Assembly: GCF_009914755.1 (NCBI RefSeq)
Contig: NC_060947.1
Strand: one strand, 5' to 3'
Length of the DNA: 64,000 bases
Source of the DNA: the human T2T-CHM13v2.0 reference genome, Homo sapiens
In this document: one piece after another, positions 31,076-44,712 of the stretch
How the letters are laid out: every line of letters starts with the position of its first letter
How positions within the stretch are numbered: position 1 is the first letter of the stretch
Notes under the pieces: model-generated
Databases searched by the model: none
Seen by the model: only the letters and a program-made list of their open reading frames with translations
Told to the model about the DNA's origin: nothing
Position numbers and translations under genes: made by a program

Positions 31076-31919
31076 GTGTTAATCAGATAATAAGGAAGAT
31101 ATTATCTTACAGGATATAAACGAAGTCTACAATGTATGGTAAGTATAAGTAATGAGTGAGCATGTAGCTGTGAGATGTAGGCAGAATTCTTAAGATGTGT
31201 TAATGATAGGGAATAAGTTTGTAAGATGTTACAGATAAGTAGACCTGTTAAAGACAAAATAAATGGATATATGATGGATCAAACAAGAGTGTTACTTTCA
31301 GGTAGAAAGGAATGGAAAGAGCACATCATAAGATGCCATCGTACCCCACTTGGATTAACAACTATGCCACCCCCAAATTGGCCATTCATTGGTAACACCA
31401 AGTATACTTTCTTTCTGGTCCCACAAGTGATGTGCTTAAGAAGAAAAGATAACGTTATAGTTGTTTATCAAGTTAATTGGTGACCTACAGCCATTGACCA
31501 AGCACACTTACTTCTGCATCTTTCCTATTTAAATAAAGCCAGAAATGCCTTCTGTTTGTTCCTCAGAATCTCCCCCTTTACTCAAACCTCATCTCTGGTC
31601 CTCATAACTGCACCGTCAGTGGGGTAAGTTGATGCAACCGAGAGACAGGACATACAAACATTGTGTAACCCAGGATTTGGGTAGTGTGTTCTGTCCACCC
31701 ACTTGCATCCTACCCAAAGTGTGTTGACATGTCAGATTTCTTTCCCTGTTGCTTCTTTTGTGTGTTTTAAATTGATTTACTAGATCATTTGATGTAAAAA
31801 ATTGTAATTTTCCTGTAAGCTTTTCTGTTCTGTGATCTCTTGGAGAGTTTGCCTGGTGTTGTGCTTGGTAGACAGCACTGCATCACGGTAATTTCTTACA
31901 TAAGGATAGTGGGAGCCGG

Positions 31920-32260
31920 TGAAAATTATCTTCTGATTACTTCAATTTTGCTAATTTATTAGGATGTAGGTGATCAGCTGAGAGTGAAGAAAAGGAGGAG
32001 ATGGAATTTTGAGAAAAGTGGAAAAATGAAATAATCATCTGGGAGAAACATAAACTAATTTGATAGGGAAATGTAGTCGAATTATTGGGAAGCAGTAGGG
32101 ACCCACTTGAGGTTAGTGGTCATGAATTTAAGTGAAACCTGTTACCACAGTCTTGTGTTTTCCTCTGACCACATTCAAACTGTATAGGTACAAGGAGAAA
32201 GTTGGTAGAGTTGTATTTATTCAAGATTGAGGTTTTTCCCTGAGGGTGTGATAAGGAATG
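31920..32260 (-). mobile_element. L2 fragment
   Basis: ttctgattacttcaattttg...tgatcagctgagagtga...cacttgaggttagtggtcatgaatttaagtga. Confidence 0.5.
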
Positions 32261-32274
32261 AGGGTGGCAATGGA

Positions 32275-32367
32275 CTGAGTATATAAGCTCCATGAAGGAA
32301 GAACTGTTTCTCAATGCTTAGAACAGTGACACAGTAAATATTTAATAAATATTTGCTGAATAAATGG
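32275..32367 (+). mobile_element. L2 3' end
   Basis: tataagctccatgaagg...gcttagaacagtgacacagtaa...aataaatatttgctgaataaatg. Confidence 0.7.
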
Positions 32368-32720
32368 AAACCTGATAGATTTTTCTCTTTATCCTCAAAG
32401 CTCAGTAATTTTACAAGTATGTCTTGTCTCACCAATTCTGGCTGGAATTTGGTGATCCCTTTTAGTCTGAGCTTAGCTACTTCTTCAGCTCAGGGAAATT
32501 TTCTTCTACTAATTTGCTTGATTGTTGTCTCTCTTCCATCTGTTCTTGACATCCTTCTGGAACTCTTCTTTGCATTTTAAATGTCCTAAGTCTATCTTCT
32601 AGGGCTCTTACCCTTTCCCTCATAATTTCTTTCACTTCATATTTCTGCTTTGAGTTGGAAGTATTTGTTCTTTTGATTTTCCAGTTTCCTAGTTTGGGTC
32701 TCAATAAACATTGTCCTCTA
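32368..32720 (-). mobile_element. HAL1/L1ME ORF1-like fragment
   Basis: Minus-strand ORF fragments MRERVRALEDR, VEENFPELK and DILVKLLSFEDKEK resemble L1/HAL1 ORF1p. Confidence 0.65.
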
Positions 32721-34449
32721 CTTAAATGTGTCTACTTAGCTGTTTTGTTGACAAATTACCCAATGGGTGTTTGTTTTGTTTTGTTTTCATGGGCATGTGC
32801 TCTACTTGTTCTGAGTGGTTTCTCTCCCTGATTTCCGGGTCCTTTCAACCTTTCAATTTATTGTTTTCCTTTGTCATCCACTGTCAGCTGATTAGGACCA
32901 AGACACATTTGTTGGAGTTCTCTATGTGATGGGAGTCCCACAAGTGTTAAAAGGTGACATGGTGTCTGTCATTTCGAGCTAATGGTTTTAAAGCAGGCAG
33001 ATTGTCAGTAGTGCACATTTTTGGTCTCCTTGTACATTCCCGGCCTGGCCTCAGAGTCTGGGAAGACTCACCTACTATTTTAGCTGTTTCCTGGCCTCTT
33101 ACAAACCAGGGGGATCAGCCACACTCAAACAAGGGGTCAACTTTTGTCTCTTTTTCCCTGCCCCAACCAGAAGGCTCACAGATCTCTGTAGGCCAAGCTC
33201 TGTCTAGAGTCCACTGCTGACTGATCCTCTCATTTCTGATGCTATTCTTCAGAAATCTTTTTAAAAAGTATTTTACTCTCATAACCTTGTTAATGACCCC
33301 AAGAAAGAATCCTATATTTTCAAAAACTTCTTGGAGTAATCTTACTCTGCTTTGACTAGTGTCTTTAGGTCTATTGAACACTTAGATGTTCCACTTTTAA
33401 TGTATAGTTCTACCTCACTTAAAGCCAGACCAATTTGTGAAGATATGGAGTAATGTTAAAGACAAATTTGGGAGTAACTCTGCTTCATCAAACTTCTCAA
33501 AACAGTGTTGCCTCAATTAAGCTCCTATTTTTTTCTCTGAAAGCAATTTCATTTGAGGAAATTTAAGTTATGTATACATTTTGAGGAACATATCATCTAC
33601 TGAAAGTCAGAAATTTCAATGTAATTTTGCACCTGTTAATGAGTTTACTAATTATTCTCGAGCCACAGAATAAAAATGTATTGTGTATCTAGTCCATAAA
33701 ATATTAACATTAGGAAATGACTTCTCAATCTTTTTTATCCTCTCCACAGTGCTTAATACTGTGTTTTTGTACAATGAAGATTTTCAATAAATGTTTAATT
33801 ACCTGGATGGAGGTTAAGTTCAAATTGTAGCAATTATCCGGATAATGTTACAAATGCAAAACATTATAAAATGAATTGTAACTATACTACGATGGTCACA
33901 AAGTTTCTCCATTCTTTCAATCCCTGGCCTGATTAAGAGTTTGTTGTTGGAAGTAAGAAAAAAGTATGAGTAGAAAATTGGTGACATCTGGAAATGTCAG
34001 CTGAAGCATACATTTCTCACCATTCTTACCTAGTGATTCTACTTTTCTTGTGTCTTTCTTCTTCAATGTATTCTTTACCCCATATATTTTCCTGGGGTCT
34101 TTGTAATCTTTTTCTAAAAATCCAAATAGTCATATGCATATTCACTAGCAAATCAAAAACAGACCAATTATTGCATTCATTAAATCACTACAAGGGAAGT
34201 ATATGTTTTATTGGTCTCTCTATTATTGGAGAATTTTAAATAGTGTCGATTTGTCTTAACCTCTTTAGTTAGGGGTGATTGCTATTTTACCTTTGAATAA
34301 GAAATAATAAAATGTAATAATTTGGAGAAAAATATGTTTAGTTCTTACAGGTGTTGAGGGGGAAATTCTTAGTCCAGAAGCAAATTTATATGCAGAATTG
34401 AAATACGTCATATGTACTGTGTTTCAGCAGAGTAAAAATAAAAATCCAC

Positions 34450-34808
34450 ATTAAAAGAAGGAAATTCTATCATACGCCACAACATGTATGAACCTGAAGG
34501 ATATTATGCTAACTAAAATAAGCTTGATACAGAAAGATAAATCTCGTATGATCTCACTTATATGAGGTATGTAAAGTAGTGAAACTCATAGAAACAGAAA
34601 GTAGAATGGTGATTGCCAGTAGCTGAGGGGAGGGAGAAATGGGGAATTGGTGTTCGCTGAATATAGAGTTTGAGTCATGCAAGATGAATAGGTTCTAGAG
34701 ATCTGCTATACAACCTGTGCTTATAGCTAACATTACTCTATTGTATACTGTAAAGTTTGTTGAGAGGGCAGATCTCGTTTTCCGCCTGCCCCCCAAACTT
34801 AAAAAACA
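34450..34808 (+). mobile_element. L1MA/L1MB 3' end
   Basis: aaaagaaggaaattct...atgaacctgaaggatattatgct...gtagaatggtgattgccag...ttctagagatctgctatacaac. Confidence 0.85.
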
Positions 34809-36629
34809 ATCTATATTAATTTCAGTCCTCTTCTCCTTTCATGGCCTCTGGTCTAAACACCTTCATTTTTAAAATAGAAATTTGGCATCTACTAACTCTA
34901 CAATGTGTACTAAGTCATTTTGATATTTTAAAAATTGTATTTCTTCTGTTTAGTTACAGCAAGAGAAATAAAATCTGAAAGTAGCTGCTGAACCTCCACA
35001 TAATGTTTGAGATCAAAAATTCATTGATAATCCATGTTTGTGATTCCAGGGCCTTTTACTGTCTCTAAGAGGTGGAAACAAACGCCAAGCAGCCAATTTG
35101 TTTCTAATGGTATTTGCCTCATTATAGTAGGGTTTGAGGAAGGTTTGTTTTTCAAATTCTTCCTACGTATGTTTCACTGAGATTGGAATGGCTTTAAAAA
35201 TGTGAAGCAAGCTGTTAGGTGACTCATTGTCCTTCATGTTAAAAGATAATACTGCTAAAATAGTTTCTTCCTGCAACATGAGTTACTGGTAAGCACATTA
35301 CAAAGTCTGTGTTCCTTTCTTAACTGATCTCTCTATGTGTCCTTTGCTCAATACCTACAGTTGCTTTAAGAACTTGTCACTGATAGTCGCTAGAGTTGTG
35401 CTTTATAGGAGTCTGAACTTCTAGCTCAGTTTGAGACACTCTATTTCTAATTGTGTATCTGTGTGTTTTCTGTCTATGTTGGCTGCTTTGTTAAAGTTCA
35501 TAACTCCTAATGTAGTATTCATTCAAAAATGTGTTTTCTTGATTCTCAGAAACTGTATGTGGGCATGAGGAAAGGATGAAATACTCTGAATCAGTGAATG
35601 GCTTGCCCTTTACCAGACTCAGCTTGCTCTGTCCTGTTTTCATTGTTGTTTGCTTTGTTTTGTTTTTTTCTTTAGTGAATACAGTATTGAGTTCACATGA
35701 CTGTTCTTCCCCACATGTTGCCCTTTGGTCAGATGTCTTCATATTATTTATTAGCTGAGTCTGCACTCATATTCCCTCAGGAGGACAATCTGTTTGTGGA
35801 GATATATGTGTGTCAGGTTGCCCAGATAAAAGGGAATGTCATTGGCCCTGAAAGCCTGCTGATTTGTGTTTGTTTTTCTAAAGTCAGATAGCATGAGCAG
35901 AGTGTTCTTCTCTATTGACCCCCTGCTGGTGTCACTATTTAGAGATTAATTCAACAGCCAAAATACGTGAGTTCACGGAGTCCTTTGAAACGTGACTTTC
36001 CTGTTCCCTGAAAAAATATATATATCTTATTGAATTCTCTTGCATACCAAATATTATTAAAGATAATGTGACCTTACCTCCAAGCATTCTTGCAAACAGA
36101 AAACAAAAAAAACCTAACTATCCTTTCCTCAGGGAAAGTGGTATAATAACAGACACAAATTACTATGCTTTCAGAACAAAGCTGTAGCTTGGCAGAGTGT
36201 TATTAAAGTGAAAGAAAGATGGTAGAAATGGAAAGGAAATAAAACAATATCTAACACCAATGCAAACCCAGCTCAACAAAGTGTAAAACACAAAGAGATG
36301 CAAATCATGGTGCTGAAATCAACCATGGAGGCATTGGCCTCGATAATTGGTACTCTTGCTATTTGATACTCTCAGTTGCAATTTAAACAAATTGGTGTGC
36401 TGAATAAGTTGAATGCAACGTAAGACCTTCTTGACCACCACTCAGAATTGTGATTTATTTTCCTTCTCAGCCAAAATCAAAGAGATTAACCATGTCACAG
36501 ACTAGCTCTCTAATATTAATGACTTACAGTTATTGAACTCTTTCATGTGCTTCTTACATGCTTTGCCACAATTATAATCATAATTGTATTTATGTAAGTA
36601 ATTATGATTATCATTTAAAAATTAATATT

Positions 36630-36815
36630 TAATGTTCACCATAGCTTTATGAGGTAGATTTATTATTATCATCATTTTATACAAGAAAAAGATAAGACTG
36701 AGTAGCTGAAGAACTTGCCTAATGTCATAAAACTAGTAAAGGGAGAAGTCTGAATTTGAAAGCAGCATTGACTCCAAGGCCCACATGCTGAACTGCTACC
36801 TAGTACTGCTTCTCT
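36630..36815 (-). mobile_element. MIR
   Basis: tatgaggtaga...ttattatcatcattttatac...aacttgcctaatgtcat...atttgaaagcagcattgactcc. Confidence 0.7.
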
Positions 36816-38404
36816 GCCCCTTTTTATCATCACCAATAATCTCTTTTTTAAGTAAGACAAAACATATCCAGATTTGTATCCACCTCTCTGCTCCACGGTG
36901 GGCCTATAATTATTTTGTACAGAGTGGAACAGTCAAGCTTTTGTTGGATATCTGAGGCAAAATGGAAAAATAGATTAGGATAAAGGCATAGAAGTGATGT
37001 CCTAATCACGTTCATGGTCTGTTTGGAATAAGGAGTTTGAAATAAGTCCAGACAGAGGATTAATTCCAGAAGAGAAGATCTAGAGTGAACAGGGGCAACG
37101 GGGTGGTCAGGTATTTTTCATATCACACAGATATTAAAGATCAGAGTGAACAACAAGTTTGGGACCTAGAGAAAGGACTTAGGCATCAATTATGAAGTCA
37201 GAAACCCAGACGAACACCCTGCACCACAAAAGATCAGGATTAAAGCAAAGGATCTGAACGCTATATATGAGGTAATAACAGCATTAAGGATCTTGATATG
37301 GAACCAACCTTCTGTCTCATGTTTGGAGCTTGCAGAGGCTTCCTGTTAAAATAGCCAAGCACTAAGTTTGGTTAGTCAGGGAATGCAAATGAAGAGATCC
37401 ATCATTTTTTGTCAAGACTGGAAAATAAGAAGTCTGAAACTTTCCGTCTCCTTAAAAAAATCTGCTTTCAGTGAAAGAGCCGATATCAGTCTTTTTAGTG
37501 TGAATAAGGTAAGCTATGTGTTGTCTCTCCTGGGAGATTTTACATTTTCAGCCTTGTCTTCCAATGTAGAACGAAAATCTTAATCCTGGTTTATAGGGGT
37601 TTCCAGCTCAAGCCTCAATATGGAAGTAGATTTACAGAAAGGAGCAGAAGTTCTTCCCCATACTCTTGATACCAAACTACTTTGCTTATGCTTTGGAATT
37701 GCCCTGCCAATCTTGATCATTTAGTCAGTGAGAATGCATGAAAGACTTACATATTTTGGTGACTTATTTCATTTCTATTTGTAAGTCTTTGTGCTTCTAT
37801 CTATAATAATCAGTGTAGCTATTTTAAAAATTAGAAGACAGTAAAACGAAGTTGACCTTTTTAGTTAATGCAGCTTAATAGAGCCCAGCAGTTTCATTGG
37901 TAAGTTTCCTGTCTTAGCTGGTGTTCATAATTAAGGTGATTCAGAATTGTTAGATAACTGCAATTTTCTTATCTGTTGTAATTCTTAGAAGTCAGTGGAA
38001 GAGAAACAAGGAGAAATTGAAGTTTATACTTGTGTGGTGAAATTGCAAGAGCACTACTCTCAGTTGGTAATTCATCCCCTGAACCTGAAAGAGGCTGTAT
38101 TCAGGGATAAAACAGACATGTTCTCTCATCTGTCTATCTTTAGGAATGATGAGGTCAGTGTGAATGAGTAAGAAGATAGACACAACCAGTTAAGACGTTC
38201 TATACTGTTCTAGAATACTGTAGAATACTGGGTAATGTACTGTAAGGGTTTACATCCAGATGGAGTTAAATGACTCAAGGGGACAGAATATGCTAGTAGC
38301 TATGTTAACTTGTTTCTGTACTTGACTGATATACTTAGAAAAATCAACATGTACTCAAAACCAGGGCTTAAATGAAATACCCAAATATTTTTATGTGAGT
38401 TTTG

Positions 38405-38592
38405 CTTTCTCACTGTGTAAACTCGGGCCAGCTACTTAAGCTCAAGAAATTTCAGTTTCATCCTTATAAAATGGTGATAATAACCTAGTTCTTCATTAGG
38501 TTATTGTGAGAAATAAATGAGATAATATACATAAATCACTCAACACAGAGTCTGGCACATAGCAGACATTAAATAATAGAATCTATTATTAT
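38405..38592 (+). mobile_element. MIR
   Basis: tcagtttcatccttataaaatggtgataataacct...gttattgtgagaaataaatgagataat...tctggcacatag. Confidence 0.75.
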
Positions 38593-39968
38593 CCCTTTAT
38601 GTTGTTAAAGCAACCCTGTTTAGTAGGAAGAGAAGCTATTGATAATCATATAACAAATATAGAAAATGAGTCTTAGGGGTTAAACTATTTGTTCCAAGTT
38701 GTTAGTAGAACAATTAGGTCCATAATTCATGAATGTGTATTATTCTTACTTTCAGAGTTTAACTCTTGATGTATTTAATTCTATTCTTGATTTACAAATT
38801 TTAAATGTATTTTATTTGGAATTTAATTCTCCTATGTGTGTATGATTTATCTTTGCACAGAATTAGAATAGGATGCCAAAAAGTGAGGACATAGAGTAGT
38901 GCCAAGAAATACTAGAATCACAGTAGCTCCAGGGGATGGCCGGGTTCAGGGAAGAAGTAACTTGGATTTCTAGAATATGAAGAATTTGAAGAATTTCAGA
39001 AAGTAAACAGTGAACAGAAAGCAAAGGAAAACAGAAACAGAAAGCAAAGGAGCCAGTGAAAAGGCCTAAAGAGGTAAAGCAGGGATCAGAAGCTCAAACG
39101 TCTTCAGAGTATGGGCAGGTAGCTGGCTGAAGCCAGTGAATGTAACACAGTAGAAAAGAATCAGGGCTGAGACAAAGTCAAGAGCGTGTCCCAGCTAAAT
39201 GTATTACAAAGAAAAAAAGAAACACCTCTGAAGATCAAACAATCCAAGTCTGTGGGCTAATTTCAAACCTTAAGCTAATGATGCCTGGAATAAATGACAG
39301 GGCAAGGTGTCAGAGGAAATGGGATGAGATGGGATCAAAAGCGAAGATGAAGTAATTAACAAAGGGAGAAGGAAATATCTTTCTTGGGCTTGCACAGAAG
39401 TTGGGAAAATATGGTGCTAGATAATTTGATGTGGAAAGGAGAAAGATGCAGAAGTTCATGCCCCTCAATCTCAGGAAAGTAGAAAAGGAGAGATATCTCT
39501 TAGGAGTGCTTTTGAAAACAGAACAGAAACTGCGGGCTTGGGAATTTGAAGAAGATCTGCCTAGAAAAATCACCATAAGAAACACAATAGAAAGTCGCTA
39601 AAAAGAAATAAAAGGACTACTCACTAGCAGAGGAGGAACAGCTGAGGTTAGACAGCATGGGTGTGAACTGGTCCCATTCAATACAGTTTCAGGATTTTTT
39701 TTCTAAGCATACACCAAAACTGTTTCTATTCTGCTTTTCATCACTCTCATTTATAGTGTGTTTGAGTAATACAAACTCACATTATTAATCTATGCCAAAT
39801 GTGATTGCACATGAATAACAACAACAAAAATGTCATATTACCTTAAATATTATAAAAATGACTTTTGTTTTCCTTATGCCGCTGGTCCTCACTATGAATG
39901 TAGAAGATCAAGACTTAAACAAATAGTACTTTATTTATCTTAATGTTCAATTGATTTTCCCTTAGGAG

Positions 39969-39970
<2 letters not shown>

Positions 39971-40011
<41 letters not shown>
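39971..40011. repeat. (GT)n microsatellite
   Basis: About 20 perfect GT units. Confidence 0.98.
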
Positions 40012-40012
<1 letters not shown>

Positions 40013-43000
40013 TGTGGGAGAATTATGCATTCCTTTGTGAATGTTCTCTTAGTCCCAGGATATCAGAAAGAGGGACGTGATTCTCAGACAGAGTATGTGG
40101 CACAGGTCAATGTGAATGACACCACTGTCAGTTTGACATGCAGAACAATATTTTTGTAGGCCTACATAGTGTTTAAAAATTTCTGCAGTGTTTATCTCAT
40201 GGACTATGTTTTTGCTACCTTAAGATGTGAGTCTGTTTTAACATTTCTCATAGAGAAGAAAGTGCATTGCAACTTCTTTTTTTTCTAATATGGTATGGGG
40301 AAAATTGAGGAGCTGGAAGAAGTATTTCCTGAATATGACATCAGTGAAATCTGCACATTTCTTCCACCAGCAAACAGTTTCAAACCCTAGAAATGTGCTA
40401 GGTACGATTAGGCCTTTCAAATGTAATGAGAAATGTTTTGTGACAATTTCTTGCAATACAGTAGCAAGAGGTAGAGAAGAACCACATCAACTGAGGGGCT
40501 CTGGGGTTTAGAGACATCCTTCAAAGTGGAGAAAAGGAGGGAATGGAGCTTGTGGATCCCTAGCCATTCTTGAGTGGCCTGTAGATGAAAAGTGGTCTAC
40601 TGAAGACAACTTCTGCTCAGAGGGCTAGGCAGTGTGCCGCAGGGCAAGAAAGAGGAAGTGAACAGAGAGACCATTATGCCAATGAATTAACTTAGTAAAA
40701 GATGGAAGGAAGGGAAGATTTTTATCAGTTTTTATGCTAAGGAACTTTGAGGAGAGAGGAATATGCATACATCACATTTCTGTTAAGGTCTTTGTATGCA
40801 GCGTTGTGTAAATCTTCCAGGGCGGCCTGCGCCTTCAAGAATTTATCATTCTTTTGGATGCAACTCCATTCATAGATTGGGCCATGTAAGGCCCTGTCAT
40901 TTATTAGGGCTACACAGAGGCACAAAAAAGTTATGTCCTTCATCCTAAGGAAACAACAGTAATTGCCGAATACTGAAGTACAAAATTAGATCTTACTGCA
41001 CAACTTGGAAAGAAGTAGAAATTGATGGGAACTCTTTTTTCGGGTCCATAGCTTTTGCACCCTGAGCCTTCAGATAAAGAACAAAAGCAGAATAACTCAG
41101 AGACTCCTCTCCAAGCTTGAAGCAGACCCTAATGCTTATGTTGAAGAGGCAGCTCATATGGCCGGAAGCTGCTTGGCTATCCCCTCACAACTGATGTTCA
41201 AATATATTAATGAAAGATACTGGCTGGAGTGTACACTGGTCTAATTATCCTTCTTTTTTTTTTCTGTAGCCATCTAATTACATTCCATTTAAAAGAATGT
41301 TTTTTACCATGCCATGTATACCCAGTATTCTTAAAAATAGCTGATACTTTTTGGTAAAATCAGTCAAGAGAAATAAAATTGTTTACTTTCTTATAGCCAT
41401 CTTTTTTTTCTCCTTTGAACATTATACTTTCAAATAAAAGTATCGGCTGTTAAACCCTGTCAAAATCTAAAGCCCATAGCATTTCTTAATAGCCTCTCAA
41501 CTTTATCCAGATCTCTGAAGACTGTCTGTAGACTGAAGTTTCTGTGATTCAGGTAGAATTCAGACTTTACAGAAAAACTAACCTTTCAGCTAAAAGCTTG
41601 CTAGTGAGTGTCTATGTGTGTGTGTTTTTTTCTTCATGATTTGAGCCAAGTGCAAAGACTTACAAACTTGTTCTGAACAGGGGAAAATATTTCCTTTTTC
41701 ATTCCTTAAAATTATGCCTTTCCATGTTTTTCACTAAGCAAAACTCTCCCGGTTATCTGCTGGCACTAGAGGGTTAAGTTAAATAGTGAGGCAGGGAGCT
41801 GCTATAAGATTTTTATAGCTGTATTAAAATGAGAAATGGTAATGTGGCTAAGCAATTTCTGGTCAGGTGATCTCAAAGATTTATACATGTGGTTTTAAGA
41901 TATCATTCACCAATCACATCACACTACTAATCTTGCTCATTTAATAAGCATGTCTATTTTGTTACTTTCATTCAGTTGTTGTCTAATGAAATAATGTGGG
42001 TAGTTTGAAACAAGCACAGAGAATACAAAATTACTCTTCTATGATGTGATCTGATTTGGATTCAGAGCACCACTGAGAGACTTATGTAAGGTTTCAAAAA
42101 CAGAAATCTGTGCATACCAAGCTTTAGCCTAGTGGTTTCCAACATTTTTGTAATGGCAACATCCTGCCAGTAATTTGATTTTGTGAACCTTGCACTCCAA
42201 TCTGACTGGTATCAATAACACACAGTTTAAAACAAAGTAAATTAACCACACATTTCTTTTGAAAAAAATTTTACTTTGTTGGTAACTATTGAGATAATCA
42301 GAAGTGGGAAATTCATGTTGAAGTGTTATAGACAATGGTTGAAAATAACCATTATTTATGATGGACAGTATAAACATAATATGCCAACTAACAGAATACT
42401 TTTCTTTTTCCATCCCCCAAATTTTAGCGTTTCAATTTTAACTGGTTTGCTCTAATAAATTTGTTTACTTCTAGGACACCAACAAATACGAATTAGAATA
42501 TAGAAAGTCAGTGATTACTATCACATCTATTTGTAACTTCAGTACTTTCACATTTTCATTAGCAGTCTGAATGCTAAGTACCACATTTCTATATTTCTCT
42601 AAAGCCAGTGATTGCAGTGTGCAGCAGAAAAATATTAATTATTATAAAGCCTAATTAAAATTGAAAGCAAAGCTTTAATAAGTATAAATACCATTGTTTA
42701 TCAAATGTGGAAAACACACATTAATTATTATTTTGCAAACCCTATCCTTAGACTCATATGTGTAACTCCCAGATACAAAGACAATAGCATTATGAGGTGG
42801 TGATGTGGGTAGGAATCTAAGCTTTAGGGACATCAGTACGTCTAAAGGCAGTCAGCATATTAGGATTTTTGAGGGGACAAAAGGCTACTTTTTTACACAA
42901 GGGTTAGTATTTTGATAATGACAAAAGAAAAATACTGCATGTAAAAACATTTGCTCTCTATCTTTTTTGGTGACTCTAAATACAGTAGGACAGGGAAGTA

Positions 43001-43695
43001 AAAAGCAGATAGCAAAAAGACAGCTTGTGAAATGCACACAGTTTGTTATCAGATTGCCAGTAGTTGTGAAGAATGGGAAAGTAAAGGGAGGGAAGACAGA
43101 AAGAAAAGAAGATGTGAGAAAATAGGATGCTTTCCATTTAAATGATGTTTTAGCATAAATCACACTTCTAAACCAAACTGCAGAAATAATTAATGAAACT
43201 AGTATCATTTTTCTTGTTTTATGATATGAGTTTCGTATCAACTGGGTCAAATGGTGCTGTTGAGCAGCAATAGATCATTGTGAAATCTCTCATGGGGCAG
43301 GACAGGAAATGCTGAATTGTTTGAGTTGCTCAAGGTGCAACCAATACCTAGATTTCCCGTCTTGTATGTAATGATACAAAATAGATCCTATATGCACAAA
43401 TTATAAGAACCAGAGGCCAATTAATTCAAGCAAAAATGTAACTATGAATAAATAGGGACCATCAAGAAAGGCTGAGTTGAAGACAATACATTGACCAATA
43501 GTCATTGGCATGAAGTGGATCAAATTGTTGAAGTCAATATGTAGTCCAGAGGAGGCCCAAGAGGAAAACAATGATGTCTTTATGTGATTAGTGGTACAGC
43601 AGCAAAAAAGAAGAATTTATATGTCGACATTTATGTATTTCTTATAATCTGAAGGCTGCTATATCTTGTTCTCTTCTCTTCTAGCCACTACTTTA

Positions 43696-43878
<183 letters not shown>

Positions 43879-43879
43879 T

Positions 43880-44260
43880 GTCTACAATGATTATCTACAT
43901 TTCTCGAACTCCAAACCCATATCATTCTGATTTCTTCCTACGTTACTATCCTAGATGGCCACAATAATATCCTAACTGCCAAATCTATTGAACATTTATC
44001 TGAATCAATCTTTGATATTTGACTTTGTTGAAAACTACCTCCTTCTCAAAGCTCTGTCTTCCAGGACTTCTGTTCAACCTTTCTTCCCATGTTATTCCAC
44101 TGATGCCTATGTGTAGAGCACCTGGCAAAGTATTTGTCACAGAGAAGATGCTAGGTACGTGTCCTCTCCTCTCATTCCACCTTCCATTTCAACTTTAGTG
44201 TCCTATAGGATCTTGTTGTCAGTCCTTTTGTCACTTGCTTTCCTTGAGCAAAATAAGAAT
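43880..44260 (+). mobile_element. L2 fragment(s)
   Basis: ctaactgccaaatctattgaacattt...atttgactttgttgaaaactacctccttctcaaagctctgtcttcc. Confidence 0.5.
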
Positions 44261-44712
44261 TTCACATGAGCATGTCTTTTGTCATTCTCTACACTATTTC
44301 TTGTTAAAGAATTTAAATTTCCTGTCTTTACCACATCTCTAGTTTATTAACTTAATTTAAATTATGAACCACTATGACAAATAGATTTAGCTCTGCTTCT
44401 TGGAGCCTAGTTAATTACCCTTCATTTATTATCATTTACTTTTTATTTAGGCTCTCAGGTTAAATATGGATAATAACAACACCACCAGTTGGATTTTTCA
44501 ACATAGTGAAAAATCTAGCAAACTGATTACATTGATTGGTCAAGGTTCTCAAAGTGATCAAGCTAGTAGCCTCCTGCAGAGACACAATCTCAGTATTTTT
44601 TTTATTTTTAAAATACCATGGAACTTAATTGTATTTCCTGTATTAAATGACTGTCTCTCATTTTGTGCCTTTTCCCTGTTTAGACAGATGTTATCATTCC
44701 CACCCAACTTTT

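Noticed and set aside
42885-43250. 121-aa hydrophobic minus-strand ORF (likewise 48064-48411)
   Set aside because: Compositional artefact of A-rich DNA; no recognisable protein or clear exon structure.
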